Of a stretch of 64,000 nt of DNA, positions 9,737-19,978 are shown piece after piece. Every line of letters begins with the position of its first letter. Within the stretch, counting starts at the first letter, position 1. The notes under the pieces are model-generated. The model worked only from the letters and a program-made list of their open reading frames with translations, was not told the DNA's origin and did no database searches. The stretch covers positions 66,048 through 130,047 of the forward strand of contig JAZDKZ010000007.1 in the NCBI GenBank assembly GCA_043802485.1, written 5' to 3'. The stretch is from Candidatus Aenigmatarchaeota archaeon (GTDB taxonomy: Archaea > Aenigmatarchaeota > Aenigmatarchaeia > Aenigmatarchaeales > Aenigmatarchaeaceae). A program made the translations under genes and the position numbers.

Positions 9737-10159
9737 ATGAAAGGTCAGTATCTGACGCTAGAGTACGTCATATTCTTCGTTATCGGCTTAATACTAATCG
9801 TCTCAGTCTATCACATATTCTCTGACCTTAATCTAGAATACGAGAAGCATACCACAGAGTACCAGCTCAGAATGACAGGCCATATGATAATGGGGACGGT
9901 AATAAGGGTGTTTGAGACATCGGAGCACACCAACACCAAGATAAGCTACGACCTGAAGATACCTGAAAGGCTTTCAAACTGCATATATTCCGTGACCCTT
10001 GCCGGCGGTCGTCTGAGACTTGACTGCGTAGAAGGCATAGACCTCGGGGTTGATTTAACATCGTACAACTTTAATATTGAAATAAAAAATAATATAATAT
10101 ACAGCAGCAATGGCTTGATTCATGTAGCTGCTGAAAACGGAGAGATTGATTTAGAATGA
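9737..10159 (+). CDS. Minor pilin-like protein
   Basis: MKG|QYLTLEYVIFFVIG leader. Confidence 0.8.
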   Translation: MKGQYLTLEYVIFFVIGLILIVSVYHIFSDLNLEYEKHTTEYQLRMTGHMIMGTVIRVFETSEHTNTKISYDLKIPERLSNCIYSVTLAGGRLRLDCVEGIDLGVDLTSYNFNIEIKNNIIYSSNGLIHVAAENGEIDLE

Positions 10160-11907
10160 GTGTCAAACTTAGAAGGCCTGTGAAGAGAGTAAACCTTTAC
10201 AAAGTCTTCACAAAAGCTGTCATCGGCTACAAGGAATTGGAAAGTCAGAGAAGAAATGAAAGGTCTGGAATTCCCCAAGGTTACATTCCCTACCCATTTC
10301 CGGCACCGAGCCTCAAAGTAGAGAAAATGGAAGTGGAAAAGCTTGAAGAAAAGGAAAAGAAATCCTCTATACTAGAAATGGGGTCCACTATAAGGATGAG
10401 GGAACCTGAAATGGACCTAAAGTCTATAAACATCGTTTACACTCTGATACCTTCAAACGACAAGACGCCGTTCGCAAGCGCCAACATAAAGTGGAGCAGA
10501 AGGGAATCAGGCCTTGTATATTATCTCATCGAGCCTGTTCTTTCCGACGAAGAGAAGAAGCTGCTAAACAACATAAAACTGGCATTGGTAGAGAAGCTTG
10601 ACGTGGACTTTAAGACCCTGAGAAAGGATGATGCAAAGTCCTTCCTGGCGAAAAAGTTTGAGGACACGATAAACCTTATGGCAGCTGAGCTGCCATATCA
10701 AAAGAGACAGGCTCTTTTCTATTATGTGCAGAGGGATTTTGTCGGGATGGACAAGATAGAGCCGATGATGCAGGACCCGAACATAGAGGACATATCATGC
10801 GACGGTGTCGGCATACCTATTTACATATTCCACAGGAACCCGCTGATAGGAAGCATAAGGACGAACGTGGTCTTTGAGGACTGGGATGAACTGGACACGT
10901 TCGTGAGCAAGATGGCGCAAAGATGCGGCAAAAACATTTCGATCGCAACCCCCATGATAGGAGGCAGCCTGCCAGACGGTTCTAGAGTTCAAGCCACGCT
11001 TGGAACAGACATAGCAAGAAGGGGAAGCAACTTTACGATAAGGAAGTTCACAAAGAAGCCCCTGACACCAGTCAACCTGATAAATTTCAAGTCAATGGAC
11101 CCCAAAATCGCGGCCTACCTCTGGTTGGCGATAGAATATGGAAGGTCTGTTCTTGTAAGCGGCGGAGTGGCAACAGGAAAGACAACCATACTCAACGCCA
11201 TGTCCTTGTTCATAAAACCTGAATTGAAGATAGTGTCGATAGAAGACACTGCGGAACTTGTACTGCCGCACCCTCACTGGGTGCCTGGCGTTGCAAGAAC
11301 AGCGATAACAGAGGTTGCAGGCAAGAAAATCGGAGAAGTGGACCTGTTCGACCTGCTGCGAGAGTCGATGAGGCAGAGACCAGACTACCTCATAGTAGGA
11401 GAAGTCAGAGGAAGGGAAGCATACGTATTGTTCCAGCAGATAGCAACAGGCCACCCAAGCATGTCCACCATACACGCGGACTCCATGGAAAGGCTGGTAG
11501 ACAGGCTGACAACGCCGCCAATCAACCTTCCGGCTTCTCTGATAGAAACATTGGACATAGTAGTGTTCATTGTTAAGATGAAATACGGCCAGACCTATGT
11601 AAGAAGGATAAAGAGCATATACGAGGTTCTAGGCTTTGACAGGGAGAAGAACGTACCCTTAGTAAACGAGGTCTATAGTTGGGACCCTCTCAGCGACACG
11701 TACAAAAAAGTCAACAAATCAAACGTGATAGAGAAAATAAGCCTGCAGTTCGGCATAGCAAAGAGCTCCCTTGATATGGAGATAGCGAACAGGACCAAGA
11801 TAATGCAGTGGATGGTCGAGAACAAGGTGGATGACTACATAGATGTGGCAAAGATAATCAAGCTCTACTACACGAGAAAGCAGGACCTACTAGACGAGAT
11901 CGGATGA
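10156..11907 (+). CDS. Type IV pilus assembly ATPase (PilB/FlaI/VirB11 family)
   Basis: EDISCDG, FTIRKF, Walker A GGVATGKTT, SIEDTAE, RQRPDYLIVGEVRG, TGH..STIHA. Confidence 0.96.
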   Translation: MSVKLRRPVKRVNLYKVFTKAVIGYKELESQRRNERSGIPQGYIPYPFPAPSLKVEKMEVEKLEEKEKKSSILEMGSTIRMREPEMDLKSINIVYTLIPSNDKTPFASANIKWSRRESGLVYYLIEPVLSDEEKKLLNNIKLALVEKLDVDFKTLRKDDAKSFLAKKFEDTINLMAAELPYQKRQALFYYVQRDFVGMDKIEPMMQDPNIEDISCDGVGIPIYIFHRNPLIGSIRTNVVFEDWDELDTFVSKMAQRCGKNISIATPMIGGSLPDGSRVQATLGTDIARRGSNFTIRKFTKKPLTPVNLINFKSMDPKIAAYLWLAIEYGRSVLVSGGVATGKTTILNAMSLFIKPELKIVSIEDTAELVLPHPHWVPGVARTAITEVAGKKIGEVDLFDLLRESMRQRPDYLIVGEVRGREAYVLFQQIATGHPSMSTIHADSMERLVDRLTTPPINLPASLIETLDIVVFIVKMKYGQTYVRRIKSIYEVLGFDREKNVPLVNEVYSWDPLSDTYKKVNKSNVIEKISLQFGIAKSSLDMEIANRTKIMQWMVENKVDDYIDVAKIIKLYYTRKQDLLDEIG

Positions 11908-11911
11908 TAAG

Positions 11912-12784
11912 ATGGACCTATGGCAGACACTCAAGCAGCTATCCTTCAAGTTCTTTGGAAGAAGTCTAGAACCCTTTATCAATTATTTTGACAGCATAAA
12001 GCCTGACCTGATAAGAGCAAACATCGGCCTGAGCCTCCAGGAATACGTATACATAATGTTCTTTGTGATACTTGCCACATTCATTGTGGAGTTCCCGTTC
12101 ATAGTCATAATAACATCGCTTCTGCTCCGTGACGCAATAAATGCTTTCCTGCTATCATTCACACTTACTGTGGTCATACTGATAGTCCAGTTCTTTATTT
12201 TCTATACTTATCCCAGCATGGTTGCTGGAAGGAGAAAAAAGAACATAGACTCGTCTCTGTCTTTTGCGACAACGTACATGGCGACTGTGGCCGCGTCAGG
12301 TGCCCCTCCCATCACAATGTTCAAGGTGATGGCAGAATTCAAGGACTATGGCGAGATATCACAGGAAATGGGCAAGATATACAGGGATGTTGAAGCTTTC
12401 GGGATGGAGCTTGTAGAGGCAATAAGGAAAACGGCAAGCAGGACGCCTTCTGAGGAGCTGAAAGAATTGTTGTGGGGCCTGGAGACAACACTGTCAAGCG
12501 GAGGGAACGTCGGAGACTTTCTGCACGAGAAATCAAGACTCTTCATAGCAGAGTACAGAAGAAGGCTGGAAAAGTATTCAAATACACTGTCGATGCTAAT
12601 AGAAGTTTATCTTACTGTTGTGCTCATCGGTTCCATTTTTTTCATAATCATGACAGCGCTCATGTCAATCATAGGAGGAAGTTCGGGCACGTTCATGATG
12701 TTTTTGCAGTTCGCAGTAATTTTCCTAGTGCTGCCATTCGTTTCAATAGGGTTCATTTTATTGGTTAAGACGATATCGCCTTAA
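11912..12784 (+). CDS. Pilus membrane platform protein (TadC/PilC, T2SS-F family)
   Basis: Multi-TM; RTPSEELKELLWG...SGG signature; follows the ATPase. Confidence 0.92.
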   Translation: MDLWQTLKQLSFKFFGRSLEPFINYFDSIKPDLIRANIGLSLQEYVYIMFFVILATFIVEFPFIVIITSLLLRDAINAFLLSFTLTVVILIVQFFIFYTYPSMVAGRRKKNIDSSLSFATTYMATVAASGAPPITMFKVMAEFKDYGEISQEMGKIYRDVEAFGMELVEAIRKTASRTPSEELKELLWGLETTLSSGGNVGDFLHEKSRLFIAEYRRRLEKYSNTLSMLIEVYLTVVLIGSIFFIIMTALMSIIGGSSGTFMMFLQFAVIFLVLPFVSIGFILLVKTISP

Positions 12785-12786
12785 GC

Positions 12787-13773
12787 GTGAGAAAGATGAA
12801 AAAGAAAAGCGACAAAAAGTTCGATGTCAAGGAAATCGTGTCAAACATAAAGCCGACGCAGATACCGTTCATAGTGGCCGGCTTTATCATACTTCTAGGG
12901 CTGGCTTTCTACCAGAACGTCGGTGTGATGTGGAACCTGATTGTGCTGGGCATAATAATCGCAGTGGCGCCCTACGCTCTCATAACCTATTTCGAGTATG
13001 CAAAGATCAAAGCGATAGAAGACCAGCTGCCAATATTCCTGCTAGACCTAGCCGAATCGCAAAAGGTCGGCCTAACTCTGCACGAGTCCCTGAAGCAGGC
13101 ATCCAAAGTGGACTATGGCAAGCTGTCGCCCGAGATAAAGAAGGTCTACCACCAGCTTTCGTGGGGCATAAGGGTGCAGGACGTGTTCGAAAACTTTTCA
13201 AAGAGGATGAAAAAATCAAAGCTGATATCAAGAGTAGTGAGCATAATCAACGAGACGTATATTTCTGGGGGCGACATCGGAAGGACAATGGAATCCACTG
13301 CCTCTGACATAACAGCCATAAACGAGGCTGAGAAGGAAAGAAGGTCGGTGACATCACAGCACACTTTCATCATGTACGCGATATACTTCATCTTCATAGG
13401 GATAGTCGTGGGCCTATCCCAAACGCTAATACCTCTCCTCAGCATCGGAGCTGAAGGGCAGGCGGCAGGAGGCATTGGAGGCATATTCTCTTTCGAGGAC
13501 CCATGCATACAGTGCGAGGGCTCCAACGATATACTCTGCATAAACTGCCCTATCTTCTCTGTAGTATGCCAGATGCTGGACCTTGAGTCTGGAGGAACTT
13601 GCTACTACAATGCCCTGTTCGTTCTGATGGCAGTGGTCCAGGGCATATTCTCGGGCCTGGTCGCAGGACAGATAGGGGAAGGCTCTGTATCAGCCGGCTT
13701 GAAGCACAGCCTGATAATGACAATATGCGGCTTCAGTGCTTTGGTGATACTGCTGAAATTCGGGTTTATGTGA
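12787..13773 (+). CDS. Second pilus platform protein (TadB/TadC, T2SS-F family) with a Cys-rich loop
   Basis: IEDQLPIFLLDL, DYGKLSPEI, QLSWG, SGGDI, QGIFSGLVAG...GLKHS. Confidence 0.92.
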   Translation: MRKMKKKSDKKFDVKEIVSNIKPTQIPFIVAGFIILLGLAFYQNVGVMWNLIVLGIIIAVAPYALITYFEYAKIKAIEDQLPIFLLDLAESQKVGLTLHESLKQASKVDYGKLSPEIKKVYHQLSWGIRVQDVFENFSKRMKKSKLISRVVSIINETYISGGDIGRTMESTASDITAINEAEKERRSVTSQHTFIMYAIYFIFIGIVVGLSQTLIPLLSIGAEGQAAGGIGGIFSFEDPCIQCEGSNDILCINCPIFSVVCQMLDLESGGTCYYNALFVLMAVVQGIFSGLVAGQIGEGSVSAGLKHSLIMTICGFSALVILLKFGFM

Positions 13774-13777
13774 TGTT

Positions 13778-14197
13778 ATGAAAGGCCAAATGAGAATCGA
13801 GTTCATTGCAGGGATATTGATATTCGTCATAATAATAGTCTTCATTGTCAACCAGACCAACATAACTTTCTCAAACCTCCTGACCGATTCTAGGGCAGAC
13901 ATACTGAAAGCAAAGGCTTTGAACTCGATAACAATACTCACGGAGGACGTAGGAAACGATAGGATCGGTCTGGCAACAGCGCCGCTGGAACTTTCGATGG
14001 TAAAGATAAACAATCTTGATGCAAACTGCCAACTGCTGGAAGACTTTGAACTGGGATCATACAGGCTAAAGATTTACAATTCCACAAGCATGATACTTTT
14101 CTGTGGCTACGAAATGTCATCGCCGCCAAGGTCGATAGAAACCAGGTACGTAAAAATAGGGAACGATTATGGAAACGTAACATTGGAGTTGTGGTAA
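13778..14197 (+). CDS. Minor pilin-like protein
   Basis: MKG|QMRIEFIAGILIF leader with E+5. Confidence 0.82.
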   Translation: MKGQMRIEFIAGILIFVIIIVFIVNQTNITFSNLLTDSRADILKAKALNSITILTEDVGNDRIGLATAPLELSMVKINNLDANCQLLEDFELGSYRLKIYNSTSMILFCGYEMSSPPRSIETRYVKIGNDYGNVTLELW

Positions 14198-15322
14198 ATG
14201 AAAGGCTTTGTATACCTGCTGGAGATAGCCGTGACGTCCATACTCATAGTGGTGATACTAAGCACGTTCTTCGGGATAAGAGTGAAGCAGAACTGGGACA
14301 CCTCTGACTTGATAGGCGTAGGCAACAACATAATAAACTACCTAGACAAGGACGAAAGCTTCTTCCTGAAAGTTCTTGAAAAGAATTTCACCTACATCGA
14401 AAGCACAAAGCCTGCCAACATAGGCTACGGTGTTAAGGTAAGGGGCTCCCCAAAAACAGAGATAATCGTTGGATGCACGCAGTCTCCTCTCTACCAATAC
14501 ACAGAAAGCATTCTTACTCCCGCATATGTCAACAACAGGTTCATCACATTCATTATGGAGGATTATGACATAAGGAATGACATACCAAACCATCTTGACG
14601 CCATTGTCCTTATCAACTTTACAAACTATACGATAGAGAAGGATAAGATACTGAAATATCTTGACGAGGGCGGTGTTGTCATCGGGATAAATGCAACCAA
14701 TGTAAACAACAACGCTGATTTCAACGAAATATTCGGTCTATCATCTCCGGGATTCCCGAGCGGTGCGAACACATTCGTTCCATATAATCCTTCAAAAGAG
14801 GATGTGGAAAAGTACTTTATGGGAATAGGCTTCGATGTTACGGATGAATGGTACATATGGGAAGAGCGATGGACAGTCACATATGGTTCAAATTACATAA
14901 ATGTATCAAAGGGTGGCGAGGAAAGAAACTTCCTGAATAAAGGAGAAACGTTTGACTTGAACGGCCACACGTTCAAGGTGAACAGAATAGGTTCTGGAGA
15001 AGCCAACATCCAAGCTACCAGAACAGGATTCATCTTTGAAGATTTTTCTGATTTAAATGATGTGCAGGGCAATAAGATAGTGGGACCTGGAAGCGCAGCA
15101 TCAATGGCGTCCAACGGGAAGGCGATATGGATATCTGACTTTCCCTGGAGCGACGAGTACAGAACCCTGGTAAAGTCTGCCATAATCTCGAGAAACGACG
15201 AGTGGACTGCCAGAGGAGTTTACACGACAAGGGAAACCACGACAGTTTCATCGTTCTTTTCCCTTTGCTGCGACATGACCGAGGTCTCGGAACTAGAGTT
15301 AACATTGTGGTATGTGGTATGA
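14198..15322 (+). CDS. Large pilin-like protein
   Basis: MKG|FVYLLEIAVTSILIV leader; ends with LTLW like the preceding pilin-like ORF (LELW). Confidence 0.8.
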   Translation: MKGFVYLLEIAVTSILIVVILSTFFGIRVKQNWDTSDLIGVGNNIINYLDKDESFFLKVLEKNFTYIESTKPANIGYGVKVRGSPKTEIIVGCTQSPLYQYTESILTPAYVNNRFITFIMEDYDIRNDIPNHLDAIVLINFTNYTIEKDKILKYLDEGGVVIGINATNVNNNADFNEIFGLSSPGFPSGANTFVPYNPSKEDVEKYFMGIGFDVTDEWYIWEERWTVTYGSNYINVSKGGEERNFLNKGETFDLNGHTFKVNRIGSGEANIQATRTGFIFEDFSDLNDVQGNKIVGPGSAASMASNGKAIWISDFPWSDEYRTLVKSAIISRNDEWTARGVYTTRETTTVSSFFSLCCDMTEVSELELTLWYVV

Positions 15323-15951
15323 AATTCTGTTTCGTATGTGGGAAGAAGACTAACGAGCTTGTAGACGGGTACTGTGAAGACTGCTACAATGACAAGTTTA
15401 GCCTGCTGAAAGTGCCGAAGGAATTGACTGTCAAGATGTGCACCAGGTGCAACATGATAAAGCACAGGAACAGGTGGATGGATATAAAGGTAGAGGACGT
15501 CCTGAGAGACAAGATAGAAGTTCTTGGTAGGGCGGTGGACCTGAAGATAGATATTGATGACAATATAACGATAAAGGCTAAAGGCTTTCTAAAGGATTGC
15601 AAGAAATCAAAAAAGGAAAGCTATGACATAAGGCTGAAAATAAACAAGATAGTATGCCCCACATGCTCCAGAGCCTCTGGAGGGTACTATGAGGCAATAA
15701 TACAGTTGAGAGGAAAAACAGAAGAAGCCATGGATTTCCTGGTCGACCAGGCTGTCAAGGAACAGAAAAACTACAGAGCAGAACAGAAAGGCAGATGTTT
15801 CGACGTGTACATCATGGACAAGCACTTTGCCAACAGCGTAGCAAACGCGATGATAAAGAGATTCAAGGCCAGAATCAAGAAGAGTTTCAGGATTGTCACG
15901 AAAAAAGAAGGGAAAGATATTTATAGGAGCGTAATTGTAGTAAGGATTTAG
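15319..15951 (+). CDS. nmd3: NMD3-family ribosome biogenesis protein (short form)
   Basis: MKFCFVCG...CEDC...CTRC...CPTCSRASGGYYEAIIQLR; ATG overlaps the upstream stop. Confidence 0.9.
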   Translation: MKFCFVCGKKTNELVDGYCEDCYNDKFSLLKVPKELTVKMCTRCNMIKHRNRWMDIKVEDVLRDKIEVLGRAVDLKIDIDDNITIKAKGFLKDCKKSKKESYDIRLKINKIVCPTCSRASGGYYEAIIQLRGKTEEAMDFLVDQAVKEQKNYRAEQKGRCFDVYIMDKHFANSVANAMIKRFKARIKKSFRIVTKKEGKDIYRSVIVVRI

Positions 15952-15958
15952 TGTTTGA

Positions 15959-16261
15959 ATGGAAGAGGAAGTAATAAGAGTAAGAACGCCTAGGGAAGGG
16001 GAAGTACTGGGAATAGTTCTGGCTCTTTTAGGTGGCGGCAGGATGGAAGTCAGCTGCAACGACGGCCTGACAAGAATCTGCAGGATACCGGGGCGCATGA
16101 GGAGAAGAATGTGGATAAAGCCAGGCTATCTTGTCCTTGTGCAACCGTGGGTGGTCCAGGCAGATGAGAGAGCCGACGTGATATGGAAGTACTCCAAGGC
16201 GCAGTCCGAATGGCTGCAAAAGAAAGGCTTTCTGAAGAAGATATCGCTTGACAGCGTCTGA
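15959..16261 (+). CDS. eif1a: Translation initiation factor aIF-1A
   Basis: LGGGRMEVSCNDGLTRICRIPGRMRRRMWI...RADVIWKY. Confidence 0.97.
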   Translation: MEEEVIRVRTPREGEVLGIVLALLGGGRMEVSCNDGLTRICRIPGRMRRRMWIKPGYLVLVQPWVVQADERADVIWKYSKAQSEWLQKKGFLKKISLDSV

Positions 16262-16298
16262 TTTTTTAATAATCAATTCTAAATAACTTTGTGGTCAT

Positions 16299-16586
16299 TT
16301 GCCCAAAAAAATCTACGATTATCCTGAAGAGGACAAGCTGGAAATTCTGATTCTGACGAATTCCCCCTGCACCCCGTCCGATATTCTGAAGCTGAGAAAA
16401 ATACCGGTAAAACCGGACACGCTGGAGACTATAAAGAAAAGGATGGACGCCCTTTGCAGCAAGGGATTAGCAAAGAAGCGGACAATCTCAAAGGCCAACG
16501 TCTACTGGCACATTAGCATAGAGGAGTACAAGAAAAAGGTCCTCTCGGAAGCGATAAACAAACTGATAAAGGCCAGAAGCAAGTGA
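16299..16586 (+). CDS. Small winged-helix protein (TTG start)
   Basis: PCTPSDI...TIKKRMDALCSKGLAKKRTISKANVYW fits a wHTH pattern; stop abuts the dim2 stop. Confidence 0.6.
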   Translation: MPKKIYDYPEEDKLEILILTNSPCTPSDILKLRKIPVKPDTLETIKKRMDALCSKGLAKKRTISKANVYWHISIEEYKKKVLSEAINKLIKARSK

Positions 16587-17081
16587 TCATGTCTTTGCCT
16601 GCTGAAGGAAGCCGTAGACTTTGGAGTGCTTCGAGCCCCTTAATATCATGCTGACCGCTTCCCTTGCTACGCCAATCTGCTCATACTTTCCTATTATGGA
16701 TATGGTCTTGCCGTAGACAGAGACTGAGCAGCCGCTGAAGCGTTCTATCATTCTCCTGGCCTTGCCATTGGTTCCGATCATCCTAGACCTTATCAGCTTT
16801 ATCTTGTTGTCCCTCATGCCTGAAAGCTCTACAATATCAAGAGCCTCGTCCTCGTCGAACAGCCTAAAGGCCTTCTTGGGAGAAAACCCCCTGGCAATAG
16901 CCTTTGTTACAGTCTTTGCCTGGAAAAGGTTCAGACCCTCGCCGTTGATTTCAACAAGGTTGCCATCAAAACTGAACTTTACGTCATACTCCTTCTCTAT
17001 CGCCTCCCTGGCAGGCTTGTCCTTGATGACACGTATCCTGTCCATGGGAACCAGCAAGGTCTCTAAAATTTTTATCACCAA
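16587..17081 (-). CDS. dim2: KH-domain rRNA processing protein (Dim2/Pno1)
   Basis: KAIARGFSP, RMIGTNGKARRMIE, SVYGKTISIIG, GSKHSKVYGFL. Confidence 0.93.
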   Translation of the reverse strand: MVIKILETLLVPMDRIRVIKDKPAREAIEKEYDVKFSFDGNLVEINGEGLNLFQAKTVTKAIARGFSPKKAFRLFDEDEALDIVELSGMRDNKIKLIRSRMIGTNGKARRMIERFSGCSVSVYGKTISIIGKYEQIGVAREAVSMILRGSKHSKVYGFLQQAKT

Positions 17082-17239
17082 TTAAACTTTTTCTTTCACA
17101 CCTATTAAAATGTTGATATTAACGCAAAAACTAATTTATACTAGAGACGAGTATATCTATTAGAAAACAAAACTTGGCTTCTAGAGTCGGAAAAACTTTA
17201 AAAGTAACAACTCCAAAATAAATTGAATCAAGTGATAAG

Positions 17240-18802
17240 ATGGAAGGAAAGACGGTAGGCGCTGACGAGCTCTCAAAGAATCTCAAAGAGATATCTGTTG
17301 CAGAATTCTTCGAAAAGAACAGGCACCTGCTGGGCTATGAGAACACCACTAAATCCATGCTCACCGTGATAAAGGAGCTGGTGGACAACTCCATCGACGC
17401 ATGCGAGGAGGCCAGGATACTTCCTGACATAAAGGTTTCTGTCAAACCGACAGAAGAAAACAAGTACCGAATAGAAGTAGAGGACAACGGACCTGGCATA
17501 GTTGAGGAGAAGCTGCACCTGGCATTCGGCAAGCTGCTGTACGGCAGCAAGTTCCACAGGTTGAGGCAGGCAAGGGGAACGCAGGGCATCGGGGTCTCAG
17601 GAGCCATATTATATTCGCAACTCACGACAGGAAGGACGACCAAACTGATTTCAAGCACAGGAAAGGACATCATAGAGCTGGACATGACCATCGACGTCGT
17701 GAGAAACCAGCCTCACATCATTTCTTCCAAGAAGACGAAGAACCCTGACAAGTGGCACGGCATAAAGATAGAACTGGAGATCGAGGGAAGGTACATTGAA
17801 AAGGGCCAGTCCATTCCAGAGTACCTGAAGCAGACAGCCATAATGAACCCTTATGCTAAAATAGTCTATGACGGACCGAACGGCAAGACTGTATTCTCAA
17901 GAGCAACGCAAGAGATGCCCAAGCTGCCGAAGGAGATAAAGCCGCACCCATACGGGGTGGAGCTGGGCATCCTGAGAAGGATGGCAAGGACATCAAAAGA
18001 CAAGAACATGAAGACTTTCTTGAGAAAGAACTTTTCAAGAATAGGCAGCTCTTCCGCCGACCAGATACTGAAGCTGGCAAAGATAGACGAGAAGATAAAG
18101 CCTTCAGAACTCAGACACCAAGACATCGTCGGCCTGCACAAGTCCATGCAGAAGGTAAAGCTAATTGCTCCCTCAACCGACTGCCTATCGCAGCTGGGAG
18201 AGAACCTGATAGAGAAAGGCCTGAAGAAGGAAATACAGGCAGAGCACTTTGTGTCAATAACAAGGTCTCCCACAGTCTACCAGGGAAGACCCTTTGCAGT
18301 AGAGGTCGGCCTGGCCTATGGCGGCGATCTCAATGCAAAGAACTCTGCAGAGCTGCTCAGGTTTGCCAACAAGGTCCCACTCATGTACCACCAGGGCGAC
18401 TGCGCAATATCAGATGCTGTGAAAAGCCTTGACTGGAGAAGGTACGGTCTACAGCAGTCATCCGGCTCGATGCCCAACGGCCCTATGATAATTCTAGTTC
18501 ATTTCGCATCAGTCTGGGTGCCCTTCACATCAGAAGGCAAGCAGGCAATAGCAAGCTATCCGGAAATAATAAAGGAGATCAAACTGGCCCTGCAGGATGC
18601 AGGAAGGAAGCTGAAGACATTCATCTCTAAAAAGAGAAGAAACAAAGAGATTGCGATGAGGCAGAACCTCTTCGAAAAGTACATACCAGAGGTTGCGGAG
18701 AGCCTGGAAAAGCTGTCAGGAGAGAAGAAGGAGAAGATAATAAAGGGTCTGGAAAAGATTCTAAAGAATGAGGATGAAAATGGTGAAAAAAAGAAAAGCT
18801 GA
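17240..18802 (+). CDS. top6B: DNA topoisomerase VI subunit B
   Basis: EISVAEFFEKNRHLLG, KELVDNSIDACEE, DNGPGI, RGTQGIG, RFANKVPL. Confidence 0.98.
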   Translation: MEGKTVGADELSKNLKEISVAEFFEKNRHLLGYENTTKSMLTVIKELVDNSIDACEEARILPDIKVSVKPTEENKYRIEVEDNGPGIVEEKLHLAFGKLLYGSKFHRLRQARGTQGIGVSGAILYSQLTTGRTTKLISSTGKDIIELDMTIDVVRNQPHIISSKKTKNPDKWHGIKIELEIEGRYIEKGQSIPEYLKQTAIMNPYAKIVYDGPNGKTVFSRATQEMPKLPKEIKPHPYGVELGILRRMARTSKDKNMKTFLRKNFSRIGSSSADQILKLAKIDEKIKPSELRHQDIVGLHKSMQKVKLIAPSTDCLSQLGENLIEKGLKKEIQAEHFVSITRSPTVYQGRPFAVEVGLAYGGDLNAKNSAELLRFANKVPLMYHQGDCAISDAVKSLDWRRYGLQQSSGSMPNGPMIILVHFASVWVPFTSEGKQAIASYPEIIKEIKLALQDAGRKLKTFISKKRRNKEIAMRQNLFEKYIPEVAESLEKLSGEKKEKIIKGLEKILKNEDENGEKKKS

Positions 18803-19865
18803 TGAACAGCTCGTAAAGCTGGGTAAGGATATTGTAAAGGATATCGACCAGAAGAAGAACCCGTCGTTGGAGATACCTGTGAGGTCGTTGTCTAATACTA
18901 TCTTCGACCAGAAGAGTAGGATACTGACCTTGGGGAACAGTACTTCAAAGAGATATTTCTTTAATGTTGCTCACATCAAAAAGTTCGTGCAGACCATAGA
19001 GGCTGCTGCAACTGCCAAGGAACTGGTGGAAGTTCAAAAGCACCTCAGCCTGAGAGAAGTCTACTACAGGATAAAGAGGACCCTGCCTGGTTCCAACATA
19101 GACCTTGTCGAGCATCAGGACGAGTCCAACAAGGCGATAGAGGACCTGGAGCTGATAACTTCCTTGTCAAGGGAGCAGATGCACATCAACGCCAACAAGA
19201 TGGGCTCTGTTGCAGGCAATGTCATAGTAAAGGACAAGGGAGACCTCGTGAACTGGGCAAAGCTGGGCAGCGGCGGATGGTCTATACCTTCCAATGTGGA
19301 GGAGATAGAGTTCAAGAAGGTTGACGCCAAGTTCGTGATATACATGGAAAAGGCGGCCGAATGGGAGAGGCTGCATGAAGATAAGGTTTGGCAGAAGCTG
19401 AACTGCATAATAATGTCATCCCAGGGCCAGTCGACAAGAGGCGTGAGAAGGCTGCTGCAGAGATTGAACCTGGAGCACAAGCTGCCCGTCTATGTGCTGA
19501 CCGACTTTGACCCGTGGGGATTCTACATCTACTCTGTCCTCAAGTTCGGGTCTATATCTTTGGCTCACATATCGGACAGGCTGACCATACCCAATGCAAG
19601 GTTCCTCGGTCTGACAGGAGAGGACATAAAAAACTTTGGCCTGGAGAAGCACATCATAAAGTTCAAGGACGTTGACGCCAAGAGGCTGAAGGACATGGGC
19701 AAGTACGACTGGTTCAAGGACCACAAGGCATGGCAGAAACAGTTCCAACTCATGAAGAACATGAACGGCAAGGTGGAACTGGCAGCGCTGTCGTCAAAGG
19801 GCATATCGTTCATATCAGACGTCTACATCCCGAAGAAAATCAAGAACAATGAATGGATAAATTAG
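18780..19865 (+). CDS. top6A: DNA topoisomerase VI subunit A
   Basis: SLREVYY (catalytic Tyr), EK, DFDPWG TOPRIM motif; start could be 18768, 18774 or 18780. Confidence 0.97.
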   Translation: MVKKRKADEQLVKLGKDIVKDIDQKKNPSLEIPVRSLSNTIFDQKSRILTLGNSTSKRYFFNVAHIKKFVQTIEAAATAKELVEVQKHLSLREVYYRIKRTLPGSNIDLVEHQDESNKAIEDLELITSLSREQMHINANKMGSVAGNVIVKDKGDLVNWAKLGSGGWSIPSNVEEIEFKKVDAKFVIYMEKAAEWERLHEDKVWQKLNCIIMSSQGQSTRGVRRLLQRLNLEHKLPVYVLTDFDPWGFYIYSVLKFGSISLAHISDRLTIPNARFLGLTGEDIKNFGLEKHIIKFKDVDAKRLKDMGKYDWFKDHKAWQKQFQLMKNMNGKVELAALSSKGISFISDVYIPKKIKNNEWIN

Positions 19866-19978
19866 AATTTTTTTCTGAGAAAATTTTAGACATAATTTTA
19901 TATATCAAAAAATGTTATTCTTAATTACGAATAATAAAAATTATTCGTGATATTTTTCAAAAAATTGAGGTGTAAAAA

